Below the pieces are notes generated by a model, which worked only from the letters and a program-made list of their open reading frames with translations, ran no database searches and was not told the DNA's origin. Shown piece after piece: positions 35,771 to 45,251 of a DNA stretch of 64,000 nt (position 1 is the first letter of the stretch; each line of letters starts with the position of its first letter). This DNA comes from Kofleriaceae bacterium. GTDB lineage: Bacteria > Myxococcota_A > Polyangia > Haliangiales > Haliangiaceae. The DNA is taken from contig JBKJLC010000013.1 in NCBI GenBank assembly GCA_046597055.1, positions 14,117 to 78,116 of the forward strand. Direction: 5' to 3'. Both the position numbers and the translations under genes were made by a program.

Positions 35771-37024
35771 ATGCTCTCGCCACCGACGGGGCCCGATCCG
35801 AAGCCCGACCCGGAGCTGCTCCCGCCGGGATCCGCGGTGGGCGAGTACGTGCTGGGCGAGCTGCTCGGGGCGGGCGGGTTCGCGCGCGTCTACCGCGCCG
35901 ACCACGCCGTGCTGTCCAGCCGCGTCGCGATCAAGGTCATCACGCGGGCGCTCGCGCTGGATGCCGAGGCCTCCCAGCGGTTCCTCAACGAGGTGCTGGC
36001 GGCCAGCCGCATCGATCATCCCGGCGTCGTCCGCGTGCTCGGCTACGGCAAGCTCCCCGACGGCCGCGCCTATCAGGTGATGGAGCTGATCGACGGCCCT
36101 TCCCTCGACGATCATCTCGAGGCGCACGGTCGCCCGCCGATCGACGAGTCGCTGCGCATGCTCGAGGCCATCGCCGCGGCCCTCGACGCGGCCCACGCGG
36201 CCGGCATCGTCCATCGCGATCTCAAGCCCGCGAACATCTTGCTCGCGCCGGCCGGCCCCGGCGTGGAGCCGCGCCTCGCCGACTTCGGCATCGCCAAGGC
36301 GTTCGCGGCCGACGAGAACCCGCACCTCACGCGCACCGGCACCACCCTCGGGACCCCGACGTACATGTCCCCGGAGCAGGCGCTGGGCCGCCGCACCGGG
36401 CCGGCCAGCGACGTGTACTCGTTCGGCGTGGTCGCGTTCGAGCTGCTCACCGGGCGGGTGCCCTTCGAGGGGAGCTCGCCGCTCGAGACGATGATGCTCC
36501 ACGTCCAGCAGCCGCCGCCCCTGGCGTCGAGCGCGGCGCCTGAGCTCGGCACGGCGTTCGATGCGCCCCTGGCGCAGCTCCTCGCCAAGGCCGCCGACGA
36601 TCGCCCGACCACGGTCGCCGAGGCGATGCGCGCGCTGCGGACCGGCGGGGATCGACGGTGGGCATCGGGGGCGCAGGGGCGTGCGCGTCGGCTGCCGTGG
36701 GTCGTCGGGTTCGCCTGCCTCGCGCTCGCGGCCGGGTTCCTCTACGTCACCGCGCGCCGACCGGCCGCGACGCCCGCGAGTCAGCCACGGCTCGTCACGC
36801 CGATCGCGGCACCCGTCCTCCCGCCGCCCACGGCCCCGCCACCGCCCGCACCGTTCGCCCAGCCGGCCGCCGACGACGGCGCCACCACCCGCACCCGGCG
36901 GCCCACGCGACCTCGCGCCGCGGCGGCGCGCGACCCGGTTCGCCCCACGACCACGACCGACGGTCCGGCGGCGCCGGAGCGCCCCGCCGACACGCTCGAG
37001 GCTCCACCGGACTACGCACCCTGA
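35771..37024 (+). CDS. Membrane Ser/Thr protein kinase
   Basis: GAGGFARVY, VAIK, HRDLKPAN, DFGIAK, GTPTYMSPE; TM helix and Pro-rich tail; an in-frame GTG also exists at 35762. Confidence 0.92.
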   Translation: MLSPPTGPDPKPDPELLPPGSAVGEYVLGELLGAGGFARVYRADHAVLSSRVAIKVITRALALDAEASQRFLNEVLAASRIDHPGVVRVLGYGKLPDGRAYQVMELIDGPSLDDHLEAHGRPPIDESLRMLEAIAAALDAAHAAGIVHRDLKPANILLAPAGPGVEPRLADFGIAKAFAADENPHLTRTGTTLGTPTYMSPEQALGRRTGPASDVYSFGVVAFELLTGRVPFEGSSPLETMMLHVQQPPPLASSAAPELGTAFDAPLAQLLAKAADDRPTTVAEAMRALRTGGDRRWASGAQGRARRLPWVVGFACLALAAGFLYVTARRPAATPASQPRLVTPIAAPVLPPPTAPPPPAPFAQPAADDGATTRTRRPTRPRAAAARDPVRPTTTTDGPAAPERPADTLEAPPDYAP

Positions 37025-37038
37025 CCTGGAAGTGAACG

Positions 37039-38925
37039 ATGCCCGTCAAGCCGTTGCTGGTTGTCACGCTGCTCCTCGTCAGCGCCTGCGCCGATCTGGA
37101 GGCGGTCGAACCCGGGGTCTGCGGCAACCTCGTGGTCGAGCCCGGCGAGCAATGTGACGGCGCCGAGACCTGCGGCTCGCTCGCGGCGGCGGCGTGCCGG
37201 TTCACCTGCGAACCCGGCGTGACGGCGTGCCCGGGCGCGCTGGCTTGCTCGGCCCAGGGCGTTTGCGTCGCCAGCGCCGGCACCTTCGTCCCCTACGACC
37301 AGGCGCGGCGGTACCAGCTGCCCGCCGACCGGCTCGTGGTCGGCGATCTCGACGGCGACCGGCGCGACGATCTGATCGGCGTGGCGGAGTCGATCCGGGT
37401 CCGGTTCGGCGATCAGGACGCGCCGCTGCTGGCGTCGTACGAGAAGCGCATCCGCCCCCCGACCGGAGCGGCGGCGTTCGGGCAGCTCGACGACCGGCCG
37501 GGCCTCGACGTGGTGTTCCCCACCGCCGACGGCGTCTTCACGCTGCTGGCCCGGGGCCGCGAGCTGGACGCGGTCCCCTACGCCAGCGCCCAGACGCTCC
37601 CCGATGACCGCGCCGGGGCGTGCGCGCCCTCGGCCGGCTGGGCCGCGTGCCGGCGCGCCGACCTCAACGATGATGGCCTGCTCGACCGGGTCGGCTTCGC
37701 CGCGGATCGCGACAACCTCGAGATCGAGCTGGCCCGCGCCGTCGGTGGCCCGGTGTCGTTCGTGGTGGACACGCTCGACGTGGTCACCGACCTGACGACC
37801 GGCGACTTCGACGGCGACGGGTTCGACGACATCGGCTTCGCGACCCGCTCGGTCGACGGCGCGGACGACGGGGTCCACGTGGTGTACGGGGCGCCCCAGC
37901 CGGTGGCGTTCGCGACCGCGCAGGTGGCCGCCGCGCGCGACATCACCGGCGTGTCCGCCGGCGACCTCGACGAGCCCTCGGACGGGCTGGCGGATCTCGC
38001 GGTCGAGCGCCGGACCGACGACCTCACGAGCGTCGCGGTCTACCTGGGCGACTCGTCGCGCGATCTGTCGGCGCCGTTCCGGCTCGACAGCGACCGCGCC
38101 CGGCTCGACGTCCCGTACGCCCTGGTCGCCGGCGAGTTCGTCGGTGGACCCGGCTCCGGCGTCGACGTGATGGCCTACGCGCGCAACACCGCGGAGCCCG
38201 ACAAGACCTACTTCTGGTGGCTGCGCGGCCTCGGCGAGGCCCAGCTCACGGTCGGCGCGGTCGACCCGGTCGACGCGAGCTCGCTGCGGTTCCTCGAAGG
38301 GCAGTGGCGGGTGGCCGATCTGTTCGTCGATCCGAGCACGGGCAACGGGCCCGACGAGGTGATCGGCCTGTCGCCGCTCGCGCCCGGCTGCGCCGGCCCG
38401 GCGCTGACCGCGGCGGTCCCGAGCGCGCGGTTCACGGCGACCGAGCTGCTGCGCAGCGCGTGCCTGACCGTCGACGGCGCGGGCTGGCAGCCGGCGCTGG
38501 TCGGCGTGCTCGCGGGGACCACGACCCATCGGTCGATCGCGGTCGCCCGGCGCGAGGACCGCTGGTGGCTCGGCCAGAGCGAGGACCTCGAGCGGGCCAC
38601 GGTCGACAACCAGCTCGGCGGCGCGGAGCTCGCGCTCGGCGCCGGGTGCCGCGATCCCCAGCTGTGGTCACAGACCCCCGACGCCGGGACCTTCGTGAGC
38701 TGGGCGTGCGCGGGACCGATCGCGACGTCCATCGTGGCGTGGCGCGCCCCGCGTGGGGAGGCCGAGTCCACCACGGTGCTCGACGGGCTGCCGCGGGGCG
38801 CGTCCCACGTCACCGGCGACTTCAACGGCGACGGCCTGACCGACCTCGTGGTCCGGACCGATCGCGAGATCGCCGTGCTCTTGCAGTGCTCGACCGACAT
38901 GGTGGGCACGACCGCTGGGTGCTGA
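37039..38925 (+). CDS. FG-GAP/VCBS repeat lipoprotein with Cys-rich N-terminus
   Basis: VSAC lipobox; CGNLVVEPGEQCDG; GDLDGD/GDFDGDG/GDFNGDG repeats. Confidence 0.85.
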   Translation: MPVKPLLVVTLLLVSACADLEAVEPGVCGNLVVEPGEQCDGAETCGSLAAAACRFTCEPGVTACPGALACSAQGVCVASAGTFVPYDQARRYQLPADRLVVGDLDGDRRDDLIGVAESIRVRFGDQDAPLLASYEKRIRPPTGAAAFGQLDDRPGLDVVFPTADGVFTLLARGRELDAVPYASAQTLPDDRAGACAPSAGWAACRRADLNDDGLLDRVGFAADRDNLEIELARAVGGPVSFVVDTLDVVTDLTTGDFDGDGFDDIGFATRSVDGADDGVHVVYGAPQPVAFATAQVAAARDITGVSAGDLDEPSDGLADLAVERRTDDLTSVAVYLGDSSRDLSAPFRLDSDRARLDVPYALVAGEFVGGPGSGVDVMAYARNTAEPDKTYFWWLRGLGEAQLTVGAVDPVDASSLRFLEGQWRVADLFVDPSTGNGPDEVIGLSPLAPGCAGPALTAAVPSARFTATELLRSACLTVDGAGWQPALVGVLAGTTTHRSIAVARREDRWWLGQSEDLERATVDNQLGGAELALGAGCRDPQLWSQTPDAGTFVSWACAGPIATSIVAWRAPRGEAESTTVLDGLPRGASHVTGDFNGDGLTDLVVRTDREIAVLLQCSTDMVGTTAGC

Positions 38926-38926
38926 C

Positions 38927-40120
38927 GTGCCACGGATCGCCCGGTGGCTCGTCGCGATCGTGCTCGCCGCGCCGGCGGTGGGCTGGGCCCAGGCATCGCC
39001 CTCCCGCGCGGAGACCGCCGCGGCCCGCGAAGCCGGCGAGGCCGCGTTCCGGGTCGGCGCCCAGGCGTTCCGCGCCAACCAGTTCGACGTGGCCGCGCGC
39101 GCCCTCGAGCAGGCCTATCAGCTCGATCCGCGGCCGGAGACCGCGTTCTCGATCGCGCAGGCCAACCGGCTCCAGTACTACCTCGACCGGGTGCCGTGGC
39201 GCATCCAGCGCGCGGTCCAGCTGTACCAGGTCTATCTCGAGCGGTTGCCGGCCGGGCCCCGCGCCCAGGACGCGATCGATCGGCTGGCGGTGCTCGAACC
39301 CGCGCTCGCGGAGCTGCGCCAGCGCGGCGAGCTCACGCCGTACGTCGCGCCGGTGCGCACCGAGCTCGTGGTCGGGGCCGACGTCGACCGCGCGGCGGTG
39401 ACCATCGACGGCCGGCCGGTCGAGCTGTGGCAGCCCCTCGCGGTCGCGGCCGGCGCGCACGAGATCGTCGTGGACGCGCCGGGATACCAGCCCGCGCGCC
39501 GCCGCGTGGTGATCGCCGCCGGGCGGTTCTTGCCGGTCGACGTCTCGCTGCAGGCAAAACCCGGGCGCATCCGGGTCCGCGCCGAGCCGGGGTCGACCGT
39601 GTTCGTCGACGGGCGACGCCGGGGCAGCGCGGCCGCGGACGTCGAGGTCCCGGCCGGCGAGCACTTCATCAGCGTGACCCATCGGGGGCGCGAGCCATGG
39701 AGCCAGACCGCCCGGGTCGGGCGCGACCAGGTGGTGGCGCTCGACGCGACGCTGCGGCCGACCGGCCAGCGACGGGTCGCGCGCTGGGTGATGGTCACCG
39801 CCGGGACCCTGGCGGTCGGGGCGGGGGCTACCAGCCTCTGGGCCTATTCGGCGCGCCGCGAAGCGCGCGCGCTCGACGACGACCGACGCGCGCAGGGCGC
39901 GACCCCCGAGACGCTCGCGCGCTACAACGCGCTGGTCGACGACGACCAGCACCGGCGCGGCCTGGCCCTGGGCCTGGGCATCGCCGCGCTCTCGTCGGCC
40001 GCCCTGGGCGCGGCGATGTGGTGGTTCGATCAGGAGCCACCGGGCGCGCAGCCAAGCCTCGAGGTGGCGCCCGGCATGGGCGTCGACCAGGCCGGCGTGG
40101 TGATCACGGGCCGGTTCTGA
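38927..40120 (+). CDS. TPR plus tandem PEGA domain protein
   Basis: TPR helices; VTIDG...GAHEIVVDAPGY and VFVDG...GEHFISVTH PEGA repeats; C-terminal hydrophobic segments ending GRF. Confidence 0.85.
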   Translation: MPRIARWLVAIVLAAPAVGWAQASPSRAETAAAREAGEAAFRVGAQAFRANQFDVAARALEQAYQLDPRPETAFSIAQANRLQYYLDRVPWRIQRAVQLYQVYLERLPAGPRAQDAIDRLAVLEPALAELRQRGELTPYVAPVRTELVVGADVDRAAVTIDGRPVELWQPLAVAAGAHEIVVDAPGYQPARRRVVIAAGRFLPVDVSLQAKPGRIRVRAEPGSTVFVDGRRRGSAAADVEVPAGEHFISVTHRGREPWSQTARVGRDQVVALDATLRPTGQRRVARWVMVTAGTLAVGAGATSLWAYSARREARALDDDRRAQGATPETLARYNALVDDDQHRRGLALGLGIAALSSAALGAAMWWFDQEPPGAQPSLEVAPGMGVDQAGVVITGRF

Positions 40121-40955
40121 TCACCTCGGCGGACAGCACCACGCGGTCCCGACGCGAGACCACCACGCCGTCCGGCGGTTCGAGGGTGACCAGGAAGCGG
40201 ACCGCGCGGTCGATGGGCATCTGCGGCTCGACCGCGACCACGGTCGGCCCGACCGCCGCCGCGTCGAACAGGGCCCCGTGGACCGGGTAGCGGACGTCGC
40301 GCGCTGCGTCGAAGATCCACAGCTGATACCGCTCGCGGGCGGGATCGTTGGGCGGCAGCGCGCTGAACCGAGCGACGCCGCGCTGACGCGACTCGCTCCA
40401 CACCAGCTCGCCGGCGGCGGCGCCGCCGGCCCGGACGTCGTCGGCCGTCCAGGCCATGCTGATCGCGTCGGGTGCCTCGACGATCGGCGCGGCCTGGCGG
40501 TCGCCGTTCGCCGGGGTGCTGCGCGGCCCGACCAGCCAGGCGCCGGCCGCGACCAGGGTCGCCGCGGCGGCGACCGACCACCCGGTGACGGTGGCCACCC
40601 GCCAACCCGGGCGCACCGGTCGGGTGGTGGCGCGCGCCCGTACCCGACCGATCGGCTGCGGCAGATCGGCGGCGACCGCGGGCACCGCCGGGGCGGTCAT
40701 CGGGACGGTCGGGACGATCGCGCGGGCCGCACCGGGAGCCGTCGCGAGCACCTTGGCGGCGACCGACGCGGGCAGCTCCTGGTACGGCAGGGTCGCGAGG
40801 TCCACCGCCGCCGCCGCGAGCTCGAAGCTGAGGTCCTCATCGGCGCCGAGCCGTTCCAGCTCGGCGGCCGCGGCGGCATCGAGGCCGTCGGTGGCCCGCT
40901 GCGCGAGCAGGTCCTGGGCGCGCAGCGCTTCGAGCTCGTTGCGAGGTCGGGTCAC
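40104..40955 (-). CDS. rskA: Anti-sigma factor, RskA-like
   Basis: GGAGG RBS; GTGA overlap with the sigma gene; TM helix; LPPNDP...YQLWIFD and FLVTLEPPDGVVVS. Confidence 0.85.
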   Translation of the reverse strand: MTRPRNELEALRAQDLLAQRATDGLDAAAAAELERLGADEDLSFELAAAAVDLATLPYQELPASVAAKVLATAPGAARAIVPTVPMTAPAVPAVAADLPQPIGRVRARATTRPVRPGWRVATVTGWSVAAAATLVAAGAWLVGPRSTPANGDRQAAPIVEAPDAISMAWTADDVRAGGAAAGELVWSESRQRGVARFSALPPNDPARERYQLWIFDAARDVRYPVHGALFDAAAVGPTVVAVEPQMPIDRAVRFLVTLEPPDGVVVSRRDRVVLSAEVIRTGP

Positions 40956-41518
40956 GGCACCTCCTCCATTGTATCGCCGAGCAGCGCGGCGCGGATCGCG
41001 ATCAAGCCGCGTCGCGCGTGGGCCTTGACCGTGCCGAGCGGGAAGCCGGTCTCGGCCGCGATCTCGCCATGCGACATCCCCTGGCAGGCTCCCAGCAGGA
41101 GCACCAGCCGGGGATCGGGCCGGAGCTGTTCGAGCGCGCGCACCGCCATCGCCGCCTCGGCCCGGATGTCGGGCGCGACGCTGGCGTCGGCCAGCGTCAG
41201 CGCCTGGTCCAGCGGATCGACCCGGGGTCGGCGGGCCCGCGCCCGCCGCCGATCGATCAGCCGGCGGCGCGCGATCATCGCGATGAACGCGAGCTCCGAC
41301 GCGATCGCCGGATCGAACCGCGCCGCGCTCTTCCAGAGATCCAGGAAGATCTCCTGGACCGCGTCCTCGGCGTCCTGCGGATCCGAGCGGCGGGCCAGCG
41401 ACCACACGATCCCGCCGTAGCGGGCGAGGACCTCGCGTACCGCTGCCTCGTCACCGCCGGCCACCCGGGGCAGGAGCGGCGGCGGTGGCGGCGGGGTCGC
41501 GGTCGGGCTGGCGACCAT
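40952..41518 (-). CDS. ECF RNA polymerase sigma factor (SigK-like)
   Basis: DAEDAVQEIFLDLWKSAARFD, IARRRLIDRRR, GMSHGEIAAETGFPLGTVKAH. Confidence 0.92.
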   Translation of the reverse strand: MVASPTATPPPPPPLLPRVAGGDEAAVREVLARYGGIVWSLARRSDPQDAEDAVQEIFLDLWKSAARFDPAIASELAFIAMIARRRLIDRRRARARRPRVDPLDQALTLADASVAPDIRAEAAMAVRALEQLRPDPRLVLLLGACQGMSHGEIAAETGFPLGTVKAHARRGLIAIRAALLGDTMEEVP

Positions 41519-41605
41519 GGCCGAGCACTCTACCGGCATCTCGGCGCGAGCGCAGGCAGCCGGGTCACGAGCGACGAGCGTGAGCGCGGGCATGGCGTCT
41601 CATGG

Positions 41606-41634
41606 AGTTCGCCGGGCCCGCCCCCGTGGATGCA
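41606..41634 (-). promoter_or_regulatory. Predicted ECF promoter driving the sigma/anti-sigma genes (autoregulation)
   Basis: Minus strand TGCATCC-N16-CGAACT. Confidence 0.75.
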
Positions 41635-41644
41635 GTCGCGTGCC

Positions 41645-41673
41645 TGCATCCAGTTTCGCCGCGCCTGCGAACT
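41645..41673 (+). promoter_or_regulatory. Predicted ECF promoter driving the fasciclin gene
   Basis: Plus strand TGCATCC-N16-CGAACT, back-to-back with the minus-strand copy. Confidence 0.75.
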
Positions 41674-41718
41674 GGGGAAGGAACGATCGATTCCCTTTGA
41701 CCCAGAACGAGGACTCCC

Positions 41719-42714
41719 ATGAACAAGCTCATCTCGGCAGCGCTCATCGCGGCCACGTCCCTGCTCGCCGCGTGCGGCGACGACAGCCCGGCCGATCCCA
41801 CCGACAGCCCCGACGCCGCGGTCGCGCGGTCGATCGTCGGGACCGCCCAGGCCACCCCGTCGCTGTCCACCCTGGTGGCCGCGGTCACCTTCGCGAGTGA
41901 CAACGGCGATCTCGTCAACCTCCTGAACAACCCCGGCACGCTGACCGTGTTCGCCCCCGACAATGGCGCGTTCGACGCCCTGGCCGTCCAGCTCACCGGC
42001 AACGCCGGGGCGACCGGCGCCGATCTGCTCACCGCCGCCAACAAGCCCCTGCTGCGCGCGGTGCTCCAGTACCACGTGCTCACCAGCGAGGTCGGCTCGA
42101 GCGCCATCCCGTTCGGCCGGCCGATCACCAGCGCCGAGGGCAGCATCTTCAAGATCGACAGCGGCAGCCCGCCCGTGATCACCGACGGCCGCAATCGCAC
42201 CGCGCAGATCACCGCCACCGACATCGACGCCTCCAACGGCGTGGTCCACCTGATCGACCAGGTGATCTTGCCGGCCGACAAGAACATCGTCCAGACCGCC
42301 CAGGCGGCGGGCGCCGGCGCCGCCCCCCAGTTCACGATCCTCGTCGAGGCGGTGGTCGCGGCCGGGCTGGTCGACACCCTCAGCGGGGCGGGCCCGTTCA
42401 CGGTGTTCGCGCCGACCGACGCGGCGTTCGCCGCCCTGCTCGCCGAGCTCGGGGTCACCAAGCAGCAGCTGCTGGGCAACCGCGCCCTGCTCACCCGCGT
42501 CCTGACCTATCACGTGGTCCCGGGGCTGGTCCTCAAGGCTCAGGTGCCGGTGGGCGCGTCGATCACGACCGTCGAGACCGGCAACTTCACGGTCGACGCC
42601 AGCCTGAAGATCACCGACGAGAATGGACGTCTGTCAGGGATCGTCGGGACCGACATCCTCACGTCGAACGGCGTGATCCACGTGGTCGACAAGGTGCTGC
42701 TGCCCGGGTCGTGA
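41719..42714 (+). CDS. Fasciclin (2x FAS1) lipoprotein
   Basis: LAAC lipobox; TVFAPDNGAF/TVFAPTDAAF, LQYHV/LTYHVV and SNGV[VI]H..D.V.LP, each twice. Confidence 0.93.
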   Translation: MNKLISAALIAATSLLAACGDDSPADPTDSPDAAVARSIVGTAQATPSLSTLVAAVTFASDNGDLVNLLNNPGTLTVFAPDNGAFDALAVQLTGNAGATGADLLTAANKPLLRAVLQYHVLTSEVGSSAIPFGRPITSAEGSIFKIDSGSPPVITDGRNRTAQITATDIDASNGVVHLIDQVILPADKNIVQTAQAAGAGAAPQFTILVEAVVAAGLVDTLSGAGPFTVFAPTDAAFAALLAELGVTKQQLLGNRALLTRVLTYHVVPGLVLKAQVPVGASITTVETGNFTVDASLKITDENGRLSGIVGTDILTSNGVIHVVDKVLLPGS

Positions 42715-42791
42715 TCACCGACGGCCGACCGGCCTGGGGTCAACGTGCGGCGGTCCCAGCGCGGAGGCTGCCGCGAGCGCGCAACACTCGC

Positions 42792-43679
42792 TCACCTCGT
42801 TGGCTTCGGCGCCGCGACCTCGACGAACGGGACGGCGCCGGTCCCCATCATCTGCGGCAACGACCCGTCCCACCTCTCGAGCGCCTTGTAGTTGACGTAC
42901 GCCGGAGTGATCGAGGCGGCGACCGTAGTGTTGAAGTACGCCTCGGCATCGGCGCTCAGCTTCTTGGCTGCCGCGAGGCCCTGCGCTTGCGCGACCAGCT
43001 GCTTGGCCTCCGCCTCGGTCTTGCGGACCTGGGCCTCGGCCTTCTGCGACTCCTGGATCATGGCGACCTTGGCGTTGATCGCCTGGACCACCGCCTCCGG
43101 CACCCGGGTCTCGTTGACCGTGAACTGCTGGACCACGAACCCCTCGGCGCCGAGACGTGAGCCGAGGAAGCTCTGCACCTCGATGCGGGTCTCCTCGCGC
43201 TTGGTCGAATAGAGCTGTTCGGCGGTGAACTGGGCGAAGACGCTCTGCAGCCCTTCGCGGATCGTCTGCCGGATGAAGTTGTGCGAGATGTGCCGGATGT
43301 CGTTCCGGTACTTGGTGTAGATCGCTGGGACCTTGGCCGGGTCGAGGGTGAACGAGAGGGACACGTCCATGTTCACCGGCAGGCCCTCCGACGACGTCAC
43401 CGTGATCGACTCGTCGATCGGGCGCCCCTCGTTCATGTCCTTGGTGAGGATCAGGGTCTGCACGTTGGTCGGGTACTCGACGACCTGCTCGCAGAGGACG
43501 TTCCGCCAGTAGTAGCCAGTCGGGATCGGGTTGGGCGAGACCCCGCCACCGCCGCACTTTCGCACCGAGACACCGACGTGGCCGGGATGGATGGTGGACA
43601 GCGACGCGGTCAGGACGGTGCCGGTGACCAGCACCACGGCGACGGCGACGCCGACCGCGATCTTTCGGTTGGTCTGCAT
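42792..43679 (-). CDS. SPFH/prohibitin (band 7) family protein
   Basis: N-terminal TM, PGHVGV, coiled coil AINAK...EAE, ERWDGSLPQ. Confidence 0.88.
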   Translation of the reverse strand: MQTNRKIAVGVAVAVVLVTGTVLTASLSTIHPGHVGVSVRKCGGGGVSPNPIPTGYYWRNVLCEQVVEYPTNVQTLILTKDMNEGRPIDESITVTSSEGLPVNMDVSLSFTLDPAKVPAIYTKYRNDIRHISHNFIRQTIREGLQSVFAQFTAEQLYSTKREETRIEVQSFLGSRLGAEGFVVQQFTVNETRVPEAVVQAINAKVAMIQESQKAEAQVRKTEAEAKQLVAQAQGLAAAKKLSADAEAYFNTTVAASITPAYVNYKALERWDGSLPQMMGTGAVPFVEVAAPKPTR

Positions 43680-43791
43680 CGTTTCTACATAAGGCGCAGC
43701 GTCGCGCCTCGCCAGCCCCTGGCAGCTCTCCACGCGTATAGATCGCGTCAAGATTTCGCGGCGCTGATCGAGCGCCTCTGCGGCTGGCGGC

Positions 43792-45249
43792 TCAAGGCGG
43801 CGAAGCCGGTGCAGCCGGTGCGGGTCGAGCTACCGTTCGGGCGGGCTGGGCTCCCACGCCCGTGCTGGCCTGGCCAGATAGCAACACGGGAACACCGACA
43901 CCGCCGGGTTCCTCGAGGAACCCGGGCCGTGGGCCGATCCCGTCGCCACCGGGCGCGGGCTCGCCGGTGGGCCGGCGGTCGATCCGCGACCGGACCACGA
44001 GCGCCCAGAGCAACAGCACGCCGTTGAGGCCCGCCATCAGCACGAACGGCCCCGTCGGCGACCAGCGATCGAACAGGTGGCCGCCGACCTTGGTCGCGAC
44101 CAGGATCCCGAGCGCGCCGAACAGGCTGAACACCCCCAGCACCGCGCCACGGGACGCGGCCGGCGCCTGCTGACCGATCAGGACCTGGCTGGTGATCAGC
44201 GCGCTGATCTCGCCGACGCCGACCAGGCAGACGGCTGCGATCATCGCGCCGCCGGTCGGATCGGTGACCAGGCCGACCGCGCCGTACCCGGCGGTGGCCA
44301 GCGCCAGCGCCACGCACAGGGCGCCGACCCGATCGAGCCGATCGGCCAGGTAGCCGATCACCGGCGCCCACACGAACGCGGCGGTCTGCGAGATGCCGGC
44401 GATCATGCCGCCGGTGGCGAGCGCATCGGCCGCGCTCATCCCGTGCAAGGCGCCGTGGCGCTGGGCCCACAGCGTCAGGAACGTGCCGACCACGACGAGA
44501 TCGCCGCGCGAGACGAACGCGGCCGCGTACGCGAGCGCGACCACCGGATCGCGGCCGGCGGCGAAGCCGGCCCGGGCCATGGCCAACAGGCGCGGCCGGG
44601 TCGCGACCGGCTCGGGCTCGCGCCTGACCAGACCGCGCGCGACCAGGAGCGCGGCCAGCACGCACAGGCCGGCGACGGCGCCATAGGTGATGCGCGCGGC
44701 CACCACCGGCGTCATCCCGCGCCCGGTCAGGATCGCGGGCAGGCGGGCCAGCACGAACAGGGTCACCAGCACCCCGAGCCCGTTCATGATCCCCATCATC
44801 CCGGTCGCGCGGCCGCGATCGGGCTCGGCCGGGTAGTCGGCGATCACCGCGCCGAGCATCGCGGTGACGCACGCCGCGCCGACCGCGTAGACCGCACGCA
44901 GCGCGGTCAGCTCGCCGACCGTGCCCGCCATCGGGTACAGCACGTACGCGAGCCCGAGCACCATGAAGCCGGTCGCGTAGATCGCGCGCCGCCCGATCCG
45001 GTCGGACAGCACCCCGGCCGCGAGCACGACCGCGATGATCACCAGCTCGCTGACGAAGCCGAGGTGGCCGGACACCCGGCCCTGCTCGCCGAGCGGCACG
45101 TGCAGGAGCTCGCCCAGCACGAACGGCTGCGCGAAGTTCATGAACGTCATCAGGCCGGTCGACGCGAGCGCGGCGACGTAGAACGTCACCATGGCGCGAC
45201 GCGTGATGCCCGGGTTCAACCGGACCCGTCCGAGGCGGGCGGCCGGCAT
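43792..45249 (-). CDS. MFS transporter
   Basis: About 12 TM; GVLSDRIGRR, IADYP...RGRA, GYLADRLDR; 2 nt downstream of the FG-GAP gene. Confidence 0.9.
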   Translation of the reverse strand: MPAARLGRVRLNPGITRRAMVTFYVAALASTGLMTFMNFAQPFVLGELLHVPLGEQGRVSGHLGFVSELVIIAVVLAAGVLSDRIGRRAIYATGFMVLGLAYVLYPMAGTVGELTALRAVYAVGAACVTAMLGAVIADYPAEPDRGRATGMMGIMNGLGVLVTLFVLARLPAILTGRGMTPVVAARITYGAVAGLCVLAALLVARGLVRREPEPVATRPRLLAMARAGFAAGRDPVVALAYAAAFVSRGDLVVVGTFLTLWAQRHGALHGMSAADALATGGMIAGISQTAAFVWAPVIGYLADRLDRVGALCVALALATAGYGAVGLVTDPTGGAMIAAVCLVGVGEISALITSQVLIGQQAPAASRGAVLGVFSLFGALGILVATKVGGHLFDRWSPTGPFVLMAGLNGVLLLWALVVRSRIDRRPTGEPAPGGDGIGPRPGFLEEPGGVGVPVLLSGQASTGVGAQPARTVARPAPAAPASPP

Positions 45250-45251
45250 GG

